In this document: positions 46,601 through 55,467 of the stretch, piece by piece
Layout of the letters: every line of letters begins with the position of its first letter
Numbering within the stretch: the stretch's first letter is position 1
Assembly: GCA_020184695.1 (NCBI GenBank)
Contig: JAANOX010000039.1
Coordinates: 1-64,000 of the forward strand
Direction of reading: 5' to 3'
From: Histomonas meleagridis 2922-C6/04-290x
Taxonomy: Eukaryota > Protista > Parabasalia
Length of the DNA: 64,000 nucleotides
The notes under the pieces: generated by a model
The model's database searches: none
What the model was told of the DNA's origin: nothing
The model's input: only the letters and a program-made list of their open reading frames with translations
Position numbers and translations under genes: made by a program

Positions 46601-49095
46601 AAAACATGACATATTTAGAAATGTTAAACTTATATGATGATTCATTAGGCTTATTAAAGACGAATTTTGACGATAAGTTAAACAACGCGATTTCATTCCA
46701 ATTACTTTCACATTATAAATCATCAAAAGAATATTATTTACAATCAATGAACAAATATCCATTAAATTTATATATGCATTCATTATTACAATTACGTAAC
46801 ATTTCTATTAACTTATCATTACCTTCTATATCTATCGATAAGATTCGTGATACAATAATACCTCAAAACTCAACAATTCCACAAATAGTTTTACCGATTT
46901 TACAAGAGAAACAATTTAAAAATGAAAAAAAATTTTTGACTTCTTTTTTATCTCAATCATATTTAACGGTGTTTTTTAAGAAGGCTATACAAGAAGAGAT
47001 ACGACAAATGTTAAAAATATATTATAATTCTCATGGTAATAATCAAAATGCTTTTCGATTAAGTCAATTAATTTGGTTTAATTCACTTGACAACCAAACC
47101 GCCATGTCCTCAAATTTTGTATGGCGTTTTTCGGTTTTAAACGACTTCCGTAACAAATGTCCGGAAGACGTTAAGCAAATTCAAGAATTATTATATATTA
47201 ATCATAATTCATTATCTAATATTATGTATAAGATTCATGATTTTAAACATTCATTTTTGCATTATAAAATCTCATCCAATTTATTTAATGAGAAACCATT
47301 TCCATATATTACAATAAATACATTACCATCGATAATAAATTTTCTTAAGTCACAACCTAAAGGTAATTATCCATTATTAATGTATGAATATTTATTAAAA
47401 ATTTATGATTTCCAACAAGCTTTACAAGTCATAACTCAAAAGATGTCAACGCCAAACATAACAACACAACAATGGTTAACATTAGTTGTCACATGTATTA
47501 GACAATCATTACCAAATAATATTAATGGCGTTGAACGAATCTTTCAAAAGATTTTCGAACAAATGAATTTCTCTGATTCAGAACACATATCATTATATAT
47601 CTCATTATTATTAACATTAATCCGTAAAGAACAACAACTTTCGAATCTCTTTAATATTAACTTAAAGAACTTAAAAGATGAATCGAAAGTCGCGTTCATT
47701 AGTTGGCTCCCACAATTATTTAGTATATGTTCATATTTACCAAATGAATTCTTAATCACATTAATGGGTTCAAGTCCTTATATGTTTTTATTATGTTTAA
47801 AACATTGTCAATATTCGAACTCTTTTCATAACCCTCAAATTCTTACTGAGGTTATTAATATGTTAAAGAATAAACAAGAAAATCGTTACGTTGAAGAATT
47901 CGAATCGATTTTTAGTTTCGTTAATGAATGTGATGATGACATTAAGAAATTAGATGACGTTGTTACTGCATTAAAATATTTTTATCAATGTATAACACAA
48001 AATAAACAAAACGTAGAGTTCCCAGAAACAATTACCAATTATCATAACTATAAAGAACTAAAGAAATTTTGCAAACTAAATCCGCCGTTTTTTAAGACGG
48101 ATAAGAAATTACCAAATTATTCTTCGTTCGTAGGGTTTAGATTATATGTTAATCAATATAATATTATTCGAATTGGTTTAGAAGCAAATGGTGATAAAGA
48201 AGCAACTTTAAATTATATAAATTTTAAAGGAGAAATTAAAAATTTTTTGTTGATTTCACCACAAATTTATACATTAAATTATAAAGAATTCATTTTAATT
48301 AATTTATTAAGTTCCTTAATAAAAAATCACCCAAGTTCTTCAACTAAAAACTTTTTTTTATATTACCCTCAATCATTTTTAATACATCCAAAATTATTAT
48401 TAATAATTTCTCCGTTAATTAATTCTTATCAAGAAATTATTAGTTATAAAGATTTAAATATTATAAAACTTTTCGATAAAGCTTTCAAAAAGAACATCAA
48501 CGAAAATATTCTTTCACCAAAAACGTTTTATAATAAACGGAAAATAAATTTGGAAAACGATATACTGTTTAAATGGTTTATTAAAGGGTGTAACGGTTTT
48601 AAAACAGACTTTTTATTTAAACGGCAAAATTTTGCGGCTCATTTAGGTGCTTTTTCTTATTTACATATGGTATTAGGAACTTCTGTCTCTTTAACACCTT
48701 CAATGTTATTCTTAAATGATCGACAAAGATTTTGTATCCCAGGATTTTTTGATAACCCAAATATAATTTCACATATTCCACTTTCGAATCAATTAAATTA
48801 TTTGTTACCAAAGTTCGTGTTAAATGGATCTTTTTATTCGGCATTTAATATCTTGGCAGAATCAATGTTTATTAACATGGATAAAATCAGATTTTATTTA
48901 ACAGCTTTGATTCCAGACAAATTTAAAACAAATTACACACACATAGTGACGGACAAAGTCTCAAAGCTAGCTATCCAAACAAATGAAAATACAGATAAAA
49001 GTGATGACTATTTCCCTTTCGTTTTGTTAGATTTCTTAATAGAAAACTCAAATAACGCTTTTAACGCGCAATTTACTAAGTTCGGTTGGGTATAA
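40681..49095 (+). CDS. TRRAP/Tra1-like PIKK-family pseudokinase (~2800 aa)
   Basis: Long helical region; C-terminal FLFKRQNFAAHLGAFSYLHMVL, HIPLSNQLNYLL and terminal ..FTKFGWV resemble the TRRAP pseudokinase/FATC region; no DFG-type catalytic motif seen. Confidence 0.65.
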   Translation: MSHQQLQFYSYFKTGILPELSDSVLDSVDDFLIYALDDEVNESFPTLTNFFTTNLNKLNQNSFGEDSKKRYYYICRILHSLRLIRPFLFSQSTSYLIETLVLPFLRSSNISVRRKTFLFLIDHFISYPDCSEQMILELFKQIHDFLDESIQSVLTIDIKLFFIIINSYRSFIKTKSLKSNEVILVLDKVIKVAHNGLLCINNPDFFKTLHLIVTKSLKLSYQLIEYSRNVSDESFNLIFRMNDILPIDIKYIHIAQNLYVCMCVIYDLDIPKHNESLKNILFKILSTIFPTLKYHPYLESRRSSYYFHTFKKIILSQQSNMNLFSRTVYLLWYFFGGLKGQISFLRSSLDLFKSYITKTSFEQNPHLQHDLFEQAVTSYEMLKDEFESVDLTSKNKPFEAEYWLDCNICIINIINCTLFPDKQLYIEGNSFSNKIELFVRLLKYFSWFLGIVSTAGNPNAPDQTFSNFIRQQMSFSILKEKVNEIIKYFGIIFSQLTPQLLNYLFSLHLNIMIPTKPYHLYHLLFHQMMLKNLHDNVPYHIYFLSTITKYFDMFFIDNKNIPLAKLTVLVFQNGLKKYIDPNSHHDKEIQDYLLKIMLLILDKKQSYLIEYILIPIFHSLFKNLQRLTYFIDKIKQQHISMISILRYLVDDPQLELSVSLLSLYLFPLCYTQQEPLDNWIYLFLHSIESEKHRNNATQILSEIASLQSQFFFQSLSKIRENLQSRLINALSKDIYCMQIFLTKIPDLFVKHSLINKDDDKYHHYINYEDKIISIESIFNSFKLEKNLNDEKVLIFYDCFLNFISTLNFWDAFSNQNIIEMTKFIVSKNVSLIDDAYKSLKPPQQYILLILRQQFGTSILSIINEIENIPEFVEYITILCHNRNFSHTIVEIIDYTIDYIPTNSLFVRIVNSLMHASQYDYENVLKIFNNHIYTRRFTNEDVKVLNDLRYTFTKSSTVYQKYMRKIAFISLRFLKNNFGVISPIEQTRMRALKELPKKLQANPYFRINSYNFIFFQPFNDIEDISDIISELSKVLNNYISCIVIIQPIKEVKKLLKDSQTTNQLVYAYFNVRFIFKVIAKLFPFLKNSKFAHTQWENIFVSLRSNKCRQFTNYFLHKLKKEGKKYGFQSLPNEMSIFFQSKTLSIYDIKILRFLIKFYSIRQINNYVEVIIEVVSNLKSMITQYNSYIEINRLLKQILLLIKQIKKSGQSQYDLTKLISNIMDFLIYSKTVLFPIQVPYYILAEFYPNIVLQCFSKMFQLNWSIDLFLFFTDIYANKHCQEFRNYCFKSSITNFQKYILPYFKNVIQKDFSFVMEHSIYSLAKCINECDDDNIELFPIFEIAKELLSFIKIKKGIYMPSILVCFTQIFLPIKYANLININTNYYEFIKKEFLLNLSKFSSSFNHSYFTRHFIMFVNLLDSTKQNEIYGIIQETFLTDKFLVPKIFYYQILNYRIKTSKEENQQTITINFNNLIQPNTPSNPNIFGVYLIHYTSCKIGLHKNIIIKDLNTSVILNTSPQIQAISINSGITDLKDIKTLNRFCAVTKYLISNLNYQNDDYYELRLKKLLNSNPFMIRASRNLFLMYQMNLEFNKVSKEQIDYILCVSSYILSCNSIQTIYQQQLILVLPNVLINLRKFIDENASSRCLELLISASVLVLTKLNEMTSIAHNIPLAIEKYINNSICSETLLIKLNEILIEPINKDEKLNQTKTKFVCQLIAVIAGLLYSKDSEEIQFPTLLLPSIFFSVDLQRDTIEFYQNAMKSIVNNSNLNVSKFLLQNVHDNFRNKNELLSEPLSTPFSTLSEWLNESQSDTKLLSKLKLMIKIFKPETRQNLKSELKNFKFPINDDILSVIYDISLDHLDFQDIFIQSQNFIFLAITETENFNKEIWNINWFEINEEFHLKTFLKLLFPTNLNFLIKTLSDNEINEYLSNNIISNLTTFCNYYIYLFPNSSLSQILSMIYLPQSNPLPNQTLYQNMTYLEMLNLYDDSLGLLKTNFDDKLNNAISFQLLSHYKSSKEYYLQSMNKYPLNLYMHSLLQLRNISINLSLPSISIDKIRDTIIPQNSTIPQIVLPILQEKQFKNEKKFLTSFLSQSYLTVFFKKAIQEEIRQMLKIYYNSHGNNQNAFRLSQLIWFNSLDNQTAMSSNFVWRFSVLNDFRNKCPEDVKQIQELLYINHNSLSNIMYKIHDFKHSFLHYKISSNLFNEKPFPYITINTLPSIINFLKSQPKGNYPLLMYEYLLKIYDFQQALQVITQKMSTPNITTQQWLTLVVTCIRQSLPNNINGVERIFQKIFEQMNFSDSEHISLYISLLLTLIRKEQQLSNLFNINLKNLKDESKVAFISWLPQLFSICSYLPNEFLITLMGSSPYMFLLCLKHCQYSNSFHNPQILTEVINMLKNKQENRYVEEFESIFSFVNECDDDIKKLDDVVTALKYFYQCITQNKQNVEFPETITNYHNYKELKKFCKLNPPFFKTDKKLPNYSSFVGFRLYVNQYNIIRIGLEANGDKEATLNYINFKGEIKNFLLISPQIYTLNYKEFILINLLSSLIKNHPSSSTKNFFLYYPQSFLIHPKLLLIISPLINSYQEIISYKDLNIIKLFDKAFKKNINENILSPKTFYNKRKINLENDILFKWFIKGCNGFKTDFLFKRQNFAAHLGAFSYLHMVLGTSVSLTPSMLFLNDRQRFCIPGFFDNPNIISHIPLSNQLNYLLPKFVLNGSFYSAFNILAESMFINMDKIRFYLTALIPDKFKTNYTHIVTDKVSKLAIQTNENTDKSDDYFPFVLLDFLIENSNNAFNAQFTKFGWV

Positions 49096-49129
49096 ATAAA
49101 ATATATTGTTTATAGATAATTTATAGTTT

Positions 49130-49447
49130 TTAATGACGAGAATTGATTTCGTTTTTGTTTATTTCACGGAGTGTTTTCCTCTCTTCATTTGGCTTATTTT
49201 GAGTTTCGTTAAATTTTGGGATTACATTTTGTGACAAATTATATTCTATAGAACCATTTTCATTTTGTGACATCGAAAGCATTGTTGTTTGTAAGATAGA
49301 TTGAAATGTTTCTTCAAATTCAATCCGAGATTGATATGGATATCGATTATGAAATCGATACCATAACGCTTCTTTAGAAAAGCTTTTGGTATTAAACTCA
49401 GAACAAATAACATTTATTATTGTTTTCTTTAATGTTCGCATGTTCAT
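49130..49447 (-). CDS. Hypothetical protein (105 aa)
   Basis: Intact ATG ORF convergent with the TRRAP-like gene. Confidence 0.55.
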   Translation of the reverse strand: MNMRTLKKTIINVICSEFNTKSFSKEALWYRFHNRYPYQSRIEFEETFQSILQTTMLSMSQNENGSIEYNLSQNVIPKFNETQNKPNEERKTLREINKNEINSRH

Positions 49448-49546
49448 TAAATTATTAAATTATAACATCAAATATCACATCAAATATTTGCAACTTTTAG
49501 AATACTTTACATTCGGTTTTTTAATCGTCTTTTTTTCCCAAACAAA

Positions 49547-50521
49547 ATGAGTGGAACAAGTGAATTCCCAGATTTAATTTCCTCGTTTCATTCTAATATA
49601 AATAATTTTACAAAAATGTATAACGAAAAATCAAATGATCTTGACAATACTAAAGAAAATAGCTTTCCAGCACATTTTATATATTCAAGCCAACATAACT
49701 CAATTCTTCATAAATACATGGACGAAAAAACAATCGAAAACCCTAAAGAAAAACTTTACGAAGATTTTGCAAACTTAAAAGATGTATATAACGAATCAAA
49801 ATCAATATTTAGTCTAGCTTATAAGCCTATTAAAAACCCAAAACTATCTTCCCTTAACGCAAAAAAGAAAAAAGATATTGTTTTCTTTGATTTCTCTGGG
49901 GTTTACTTTACTGGAAATTCTTCTTTTCGACAATTTCAAAAATTTAGCAAAATAAAAATTCTCTCCCTTCGTTGCTGTGGCTTACTTGAAATACCTTCAA
50001 GTTTAAATACTCTTCCAAAACGTCTTACATCTATTGACTTATCATATAATTTTATTTCAACACTTCCAAATGAATTAAAATGGGGTCAATTAGAAGGATT
50101 AAACTTAAGCAACAATGCATTTTGTCAATGGCCCAACATTTTAGAACCTGAAAAATTTCCAAAACTTAATTTCCTTTCTTTATCTATGAATAATATCATA
50201 TCAATTCCATCATTTCCAAATGGATTTGGTGAATTGCATTCTTTGGATTTATCCTTTACTGCACTTAAAAGTTTTCCACAAATAATATTAAATTCGAATA
50301 AATTAACAGTACTATCTCTTAGGGGATGTGACTTGATGGAAGGATTTTCTTTTGAGAAAATAGCATCAATGCCCCGAATAAAGTACTTAGATATTTCCAA
50401 AATTATATTAATATCAAATGATGAAAAGCATGTCAAAGTGCCAAGCACATTAAGAATATTGGTTGCAAATGGTATGGACAAAAGCAAATTACCTAGAGGA
50501 AACTACACTGTGGTAAATTAA
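49547..50521 (+). CDS. Leucine-rich repeat protein
   Basis: LTSIDLSYNFISTLP, LEGLNLSNNAF, LNFLSLSMNNIISIP, LHSLDLSFTAL. Confidence 0.9.
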   Translation: MSGTSEFPDLISSFHSNINNFTKMYNEKSNDLDNTKENSFPAHFIYSSQHNSILHKYMDEKTIENPKEKLYEDFANLKDVYNESKSIFSLAYKPIKNPKLSSLNAKKKKDIVFFDFSGVYFTGNSSFRQFQKFSKIKILSLRCCGLLEIPSSLNTLPKRLTSIDLSYNFISTLPNELKWGQLEGLNLSNNAFCQWPNILEPEKFPKLNFLSLSMNNIISIPSFPNGFGELHSLDLSFTALKSFPQIILNSNKLTVLSLRGCDLMEGFSFEKIASMPRIKYLDISKIILISNDEKHVKVPSTLRILVANGMDKSKLPRGNYTVVN

Positions 50522-51054
50522 TTTCGCGAAGAATTTTCACTTTACTAAAAACCTTTTCACCCAGCAATTAAACTTTTTGTATGAATTATACCACAATTTT
50601 TGATTAAAACTGTATGTATACATTTCAAAAAATGTATCAGAAAAGCTTCATTTTTTAAAAACGACGATAGTTCAATCTAGATCGTTGTAAAGTTTCAGAA
50701 CGTTCTGATAGCCGATGACCGTTTTGGAAAGCATTTAATAACGACCAGATCACCCCATTTTTTGATCGTTTCTTTTATTTAAGTGTACATTGATTGTTAA
50801 AAATATACCAAACTCTATATGATCGTATGTTTCTAACACACAATATTTTTATATTTTACTCTTAACTTTTTTATAATTTTTTGTACATATCTCAATGAGT
50901 TTATTTAAAATTTCTTTTTATTTGCTTCGCATTGCTCCACAAACAACGCGAAGCGCATTTTTATTTGTGCATAAAGAATTTTTGCGAAATTAAATTTTTA
51001 AAAACATTTTATAAAAAGAATTTTTAAGTGTTTATAAGCTGACAATTAAATTTA

Positions 51055-52098
51055 CTATAAGTTCATATATCCAAATAAGCTCATTAAAGATTGGGTCAAT
51101 GTCTTTCCTTCTTCTTCAGCGTCGCCGGACATTTGTTTCCTGGCCAATTCTCTCATCTCCAAAATGTGGTTCCTAGAGAATGCCTTTATGCTGAATGCCA
51201 TTCCCATCATTTTGTCACATTCGATCGCTTCACACTGGAGTTGATTTATCAGCTCTATGAACTCTTTCCTCGTTGTGGCAGTGAGTATTTTCTCTTGGTT
51301 CATCCTGAGGAACGAAATTCCGACACGATATATTATCTTCATTCCTTCAAGGAAAAATGAATCCCAGATACGGAGTACAGTTGGTACTGGGAATGTGTTC
51401 GAATAAAATGTTAGAAGCCAACCACTGACAATAAGTATCCAATTATGACCAAGTCGATCAACTAACTTGGCTATGTCAGGTGTACGCTCCCGGATAATGA
51501 TCTCTATCATCTTGAGATCAGCTTGGAAGCTTTTCATTTGATTACAATAATAATCTGTTGGAAGATATTTTTCAATAATTACACATAACATCCAAAGAGC
51601 TGATTCCTCTCCAACAATACGGAGAAGAAGAGCTACAATGAAGTTAAGTGATTGACAGTACCCTATTTCTGGATGTGCAATGGCAAATGCTAATAATACA
51701 TTTCGAAGAGATTCTCTTGAAAATGTATTAACATTGGGAAAAGTACGTGGAACATCAGCATCAATGACACGGATGACATTCTCAGGAATAGTATCGGACA
51801 TTGATAACATTTTTTGGTAGAATCCTTGCCGTTGTTGCATTAACTCATCAACACCAGTGATTTTGAGCCATAAGAATTTGCGGTAACAATCGGGGATCCC
51901 TTTTCGTACGTGTTGTTTAAAAAGAGGGTCTTTAATATTAATTTTTTGGATTCCACCAATTGAAAAAATATATTGTTGCCATTCCTTAAGATTGGCTTCT
52001 CGGGTTGTCCTAGAATACTCTATAAATTTTCTGGTCGTTTCTTGACTCCATTTATTTGGAAATCCATATTCATCGATATAGAGTTGCTCAGTTTCCAT
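51055..52098 (-). CDS. TBC-domain Rab GTPase-activating protein
   Basis: VRKGIP..RKFLW, IDADVPRTF (R-finger), IGYCQSLNF (Q-finger), LRIWDSFFLEG. Confidence 0.95.
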   Translation of the reverse strand: METEQLYIDEYGFPNKWSQETTRKFIEYSRTTREANLKEWQQYIFSIGGIQKINIKDPLFKQHVRKGIPDCYRKFLWLKITGVDELMQQRQGFYQKMLSMSDTIPENVIRVIDADVPRTFPNVNTFSRESLRNVLLAFAIAHPEIGYCQSLNFIVALLLRIVGEESALWMLCVIIEKYLPTDYYCNQMKSFQADLKMIEIIIRERTPDIAKLVDRLGHNWILIVSGWLLTFYSNTFPVPTVLRIWDSFFLEGMKIIYRVGISFLRMNQEKILTATTRKEFIELINQLQCEAIECDKMMGMAFSIKAFSRNHILEMRELARKQMSGDAEEEGKTLTQSLMSLFGYMNL

Positions 52099-52598
52099 TT
52101 AGAACATAAACTTAAGAAATCCTAATCAGCATTCTGAATTTTCTGAAAGAATAAACAGTACACTTTTATATTTTTATATAAAGTTCACAATTTTTTGATA
52201 GCTGGTTATTCGTGCTGTAAATCCAGCAGAAGACAAGATTCGATTATTTAAGCATGTTTAATTGAAGCAGCTGTTTAAGTAAAAAAAGCCCAATATATCA
52301 CAAGCTTTTAACTAAGCCTCAGGTTTTATTGATTACAAATTCTCATTTCAATAAACACATATTTTAAAAAGCGTTACTTACTTGCTTAAAAAATTGTTTA
52401 AGCTATTTTTTTTTTCCATCCACAAGGACTTGAAAGCATGTTGAGATGTTCTTTGTTGTACTTTTGTGTAATTTTTTGAAATATTTCAACTCATACGATA
52501 GAAATTCAATCGATTCTTTGATGTAAACAATTGAAATTTTTTTGATCGTATGGTAATTTTTTACCCTTTATCATTTAAAGTATTGAAAAAGTGTCCAG

Positions 52599-53636
52599 AT
52601 GAGGAGAAGAAACCCTACGCCTCCTAAAAACATAACACCAACAGCAACACCAGCTCCTGCTTCAAACAAATGGTCAGATCTTGCAGTTCGCGTTGGTAGT
52701 TCAATTCTATTAATTGCAATAGAACTTACAATAATTGCAGCTGGGCATGTTGCAATTTTTGCTGAAATCTTTATATTACAATATGTCGTTGTATATGAAC
52801 TTATGGCTGCTGGAAGAAAACCAGAAGAAGAAAAGAAAATACCTCTTTTTACAAAAGCCTTTCCTTATATTTTAACAACTTTAATATCATATGCAGTTTC
52901 AGCTCCAGGAATTGTTGAGGAAATTATAGGTGAATGTAGTTTCATGAAATATCATGCATTGTTTTGCTTCTTCATAGGATCCATTTTATTAGTCTTATTT
53001 GTTATCAGTCTCAATCCAGTCAATCTTGCTTATTCCTTTGATCGCTTAGGGTGGTCCATTGTTAGCGTTGTTCTACTTGTTGTACCAGCAAATTTATACG
53101 TCAAAGTTTCCCGTTTCTCTTTGTTCTGGTTCTTTAACTCAGTTTGCGCGGTCGCACTGAATGATAGTTGTGCCTATTTTTGCGGACGTATCTTTGGTCA
53201 TACTCCTTTGATTGCATTATCTCCAAAAAAGACAGTCGAAGGCTTTGTTGGTGCGTTGTTTTGTTGCGTTGCCATTTCGTTCTTCCTCCCGATTCTGTTT
53301 TCCAAATTTCCATTCACATATTGTGAAAATGTAAAACCATTTGCATTTCACACTGAATGTAATCCGCCTCCGGAATTCGTGAAACAACAATACAACATCT
53401 TTGGCTTCTCGTTTGAAGCTTTCCCTGCTCAACTTCATTCCATCGTTTTTTATGTTTTCTCATCTCTGATCGCACCATTCGGAGGTTTCTTAGCCTCCGG
53501 ACTTAAGCGTGTTCATGGACTTAAAGACTTTGGTAACGTCATTCCCGGACATGGTGGAATCCTAGATAGAGTCGATTGTGAGTTTATTATGGCTACATTC
53601 GCATATCTTTATATCAAATCAGTAATTCGCAACTAA
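52599..53636 (+). CDS. Phosphatidate cytidylyltransferase (CDP-diacylglycerol synthase)
   Basis: NDSCAYFCGRIFG, LSPKKTVEGF, APFGGFLASGLKR..KDFGNVIPGHGGILDRVDC. Confidence 0.96.
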   Translation: MRRRNPTPPKNITPTATPAPASNKWSDLAVRVGSSILLIAIELTIIAAGHVAIFAEIFILQYVVVYELMAAGRKPEEEKKIPLFTKAFPYILTTLISYAVSAPGIVEEIIGECSFMKYHALFCFFIGSILLVLFVISLNPVNLAYSFDRLGWSIVSVVLLVVPANLYVKVSRFSLFWFFNSVCAVALNDSCAYFCGRIFGHTPLIALSPKKTVEGFVGALFCCVAISFFLPILFSKFPFTYCENVKPFAFHTECNPPPEFVKQQYNIFGFSFEAFPAQLHSIVFYVFSSLIAPFGGFLASGLKRVHGLKDFGNVIPGHGGILDRVDCEFIMATFAYLYIKSVIRN

Positions 53637-53975
53637 ATAAAAGATTTTAACGTATTGTACTTTTTGCAAATCATTTTAAATTTCATGATATCAAACAAAA
53701 GTAATAATGTTGGAAAAAGTTACGTTGAACAAATGCAATTGCCTAAACCTAGAAAATTTGTTAGTTGATGTGATCTGGAGAATTTTAGATATTTTCAATT
53801 TGATTCCTGAATTGTTTCATTTCCAACTGGCAAATGTAAAACATAAACACATTGGAAATTTTTAAATGAAATAATCCGTAATTTTATAAGAAATAAAGCA
53901 GCATTTAAATATTCGCAGGGTGAAAAAAAATATTGGGGTGGGTCGACCAGCGGTTATTGTTCAATTTCGGTTATT

Positions 53976-53995
53976 AACGGTTTGGTCGTTCCTTT
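53976..53995 (+). promoter_or_regulatory. M3-like (AACGGTTT) + TGGTC + M5-like (CCTTT) core promoter of RPS26
   Basis: AACGGTTTGGTCGTTCCTTT ends 5 nt before ATG 54001. Confidence 0.6.
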
Positions 53996-54000
53996 TCTTC

Positions 54001-54345
54001 ATGCCACAAAAGAGGAGAAACTGTGGACGTTCAAAGATGAACGCCGGTCGTAAGAAGATTGTTAACTGCATGAATTGCGGTCGTATGGTTCCACGTGATA
54101 AGGCTATTAAACGTTTCATGACCAAGAATATGGTTGATAGTTCATCTGCTAAAGATGTTATGGATGCATCCATCTACAAAGAATATGAATTCCCAAAGAC
54201 ATATCAAAAATGCTTCTACTGCGTTTCATGCGCATGCCACCGTCGTATTGTTCGTGTTCGTAATGCCAACCTTCGCCACGTTCGTGTACCATTTTTCTTA
54301 AAGCAACAACGCGAGAAAGCTGAATCCCGTCAACAAAAGCAATAA
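54001..54345 (+). CDS. RPS26: 40S ribosomal protein S26 (eS26)
   Basis: MPQKRRNCGRSK, VNCMNCGRMVPRDKAIKRF, YCVSCACHRRIVRVR. Confidence 0.97.
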   Translation: MPQKRRNCGRSKMNAGRKKIVNCMNCGRMVPRDKAIKRFMTKNMVDSSSAKDVMDASIYKEYEFPKTYQKCFYCVSCACHRRIVRVRNANLRHVRVPFFLKQQREKAESRQQKQ

Positions 54346-54576
54346 ATCTACTATTCGTATTTAGCCATATTTTGGGACATAAATCACATAAAAGCTCTTC
54401 TGCTTTCTCCTTTTCTATTTAATTTTGTATATTAGTGGGAAATTGTTTATTTTAGGGTTCTAAAACATGTTTTCATAATTATGAAATTGTAAACCATTTA
54501 ATACTCAACTTTTTAAAACCTTTATTTGAGATAGCGATTTTAGTTTCCACTAAATGTTAAAGAAATTATTTTTTAC

Positions 54577-55158
54577 TCAGCATTTGCAACCAGAATTAGT
54601 TGTATTTGATGTGTACTGAGTTGGTGGTGGCATTGGTGTTTTGACTCCACGCCTGAAAATTTGTGTGGCAACCCGAACGAAAGCTTCTCTAACATTTGTT
54701 CCATCAGCTGCGGATGTTTCCAAATATGTGATTTGCTGTTGTTGAGCAAGCTGTTCGGCTTCTGAGAGTGTGACAACTCTTTTATTTACCAAATCAGCCT
54801 TATTTCCGACTAAAATAACAACAGCAGTAGGATCGCAGAGTGTTCTTACATCAGCCATCCACATATTTACTTCGTCAAATGACTTTCTATCAGTAATATC
54901 AAATGCTAAAATTACACCGACTGCATTCCTAAAATACGCCTTAGCAATGGATCTGAAACGTTCTTGACCAGCTGTATCCCAAATTTGAAGTTTTACCTGT
55001 TGGTTATCAATATCAATGATTGTTGAATCAAATTCAACACCAATTGTTGATTGTGATTGTTGTTTAAAAGTGTTTTCTACAAGCCTCTTTAAGAGAGCTG
55101 TTTTACCGACACCACTTGAACCAATGATAATAAATTTGTAGCTGAGAAGGTTCGACAT
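54577..55158 (-). CDS. Rab-family small GTPase (Rab2/4/14-like)
   Basis: GSSGVGKT, TIGVEF, WDTAGQERFRS, GNKADL, ETSA, C-terminal CKC. Confidence 0.95.
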   Translation of the reverse strand: MSNLLSYKFIIIGSSGVGKTALLKRLVENTFKQQSQSTIGVEFDSTIIDIDNQQVKLQIWDTAGQERFRSIAKAYFRNAVGVILAFDITDRKSFDEVNMWMADVRTLCDPTAVVILVGNKADLVNKRVVTLSEAEQLAQQQQITYLETSAADGTNVREAFVRVATQIFRRGVKTPMPPPTQYTSNTTNSGCKC

Positions 55159-55467
55159 TTACAAATTAAGGATTTGAACAAATAAGCATTGAAATTTTGC
55201 AAAAAAAATCATTTAAACGATAGCACGATGCCAAGGGCAAAAACCGTTATCATCGTACAAAAAGTGAAAATGGATTAACCTCTTCTTTCTTTGTTTAAAA
55301 AATATCCTTGAAACTATTTATTTCTAGTAATTATAACTCAAAAAATAAATGTTTTCGACTCGAAAATTTCGAGTGATGGATTTTATTAGAGTAAACATCT
55401 ATTTAATGAAGAAGTAATTTTGTTTGAAATTTTGTCACTTTTTTGCTATCATTTCTTACATTTGCAA

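Noticed and set aside
50932-50965. GC-rich inverted repeat GCTTCGC...GCGAAGC between convergent genes
   Set aside because: Only 7 bp with a long loop; no further evidence for an ncRNA or terminator.
53920-54000. N-terminal extension of RPS26 (and similar GTG/TTG extensions at 10991, 16295-17590, 19997-20869, 32100, 34071, 40663)
   Set aside because: Artefacts of bacterial-style start codons; homologous sequence begins at downstream ATGs.
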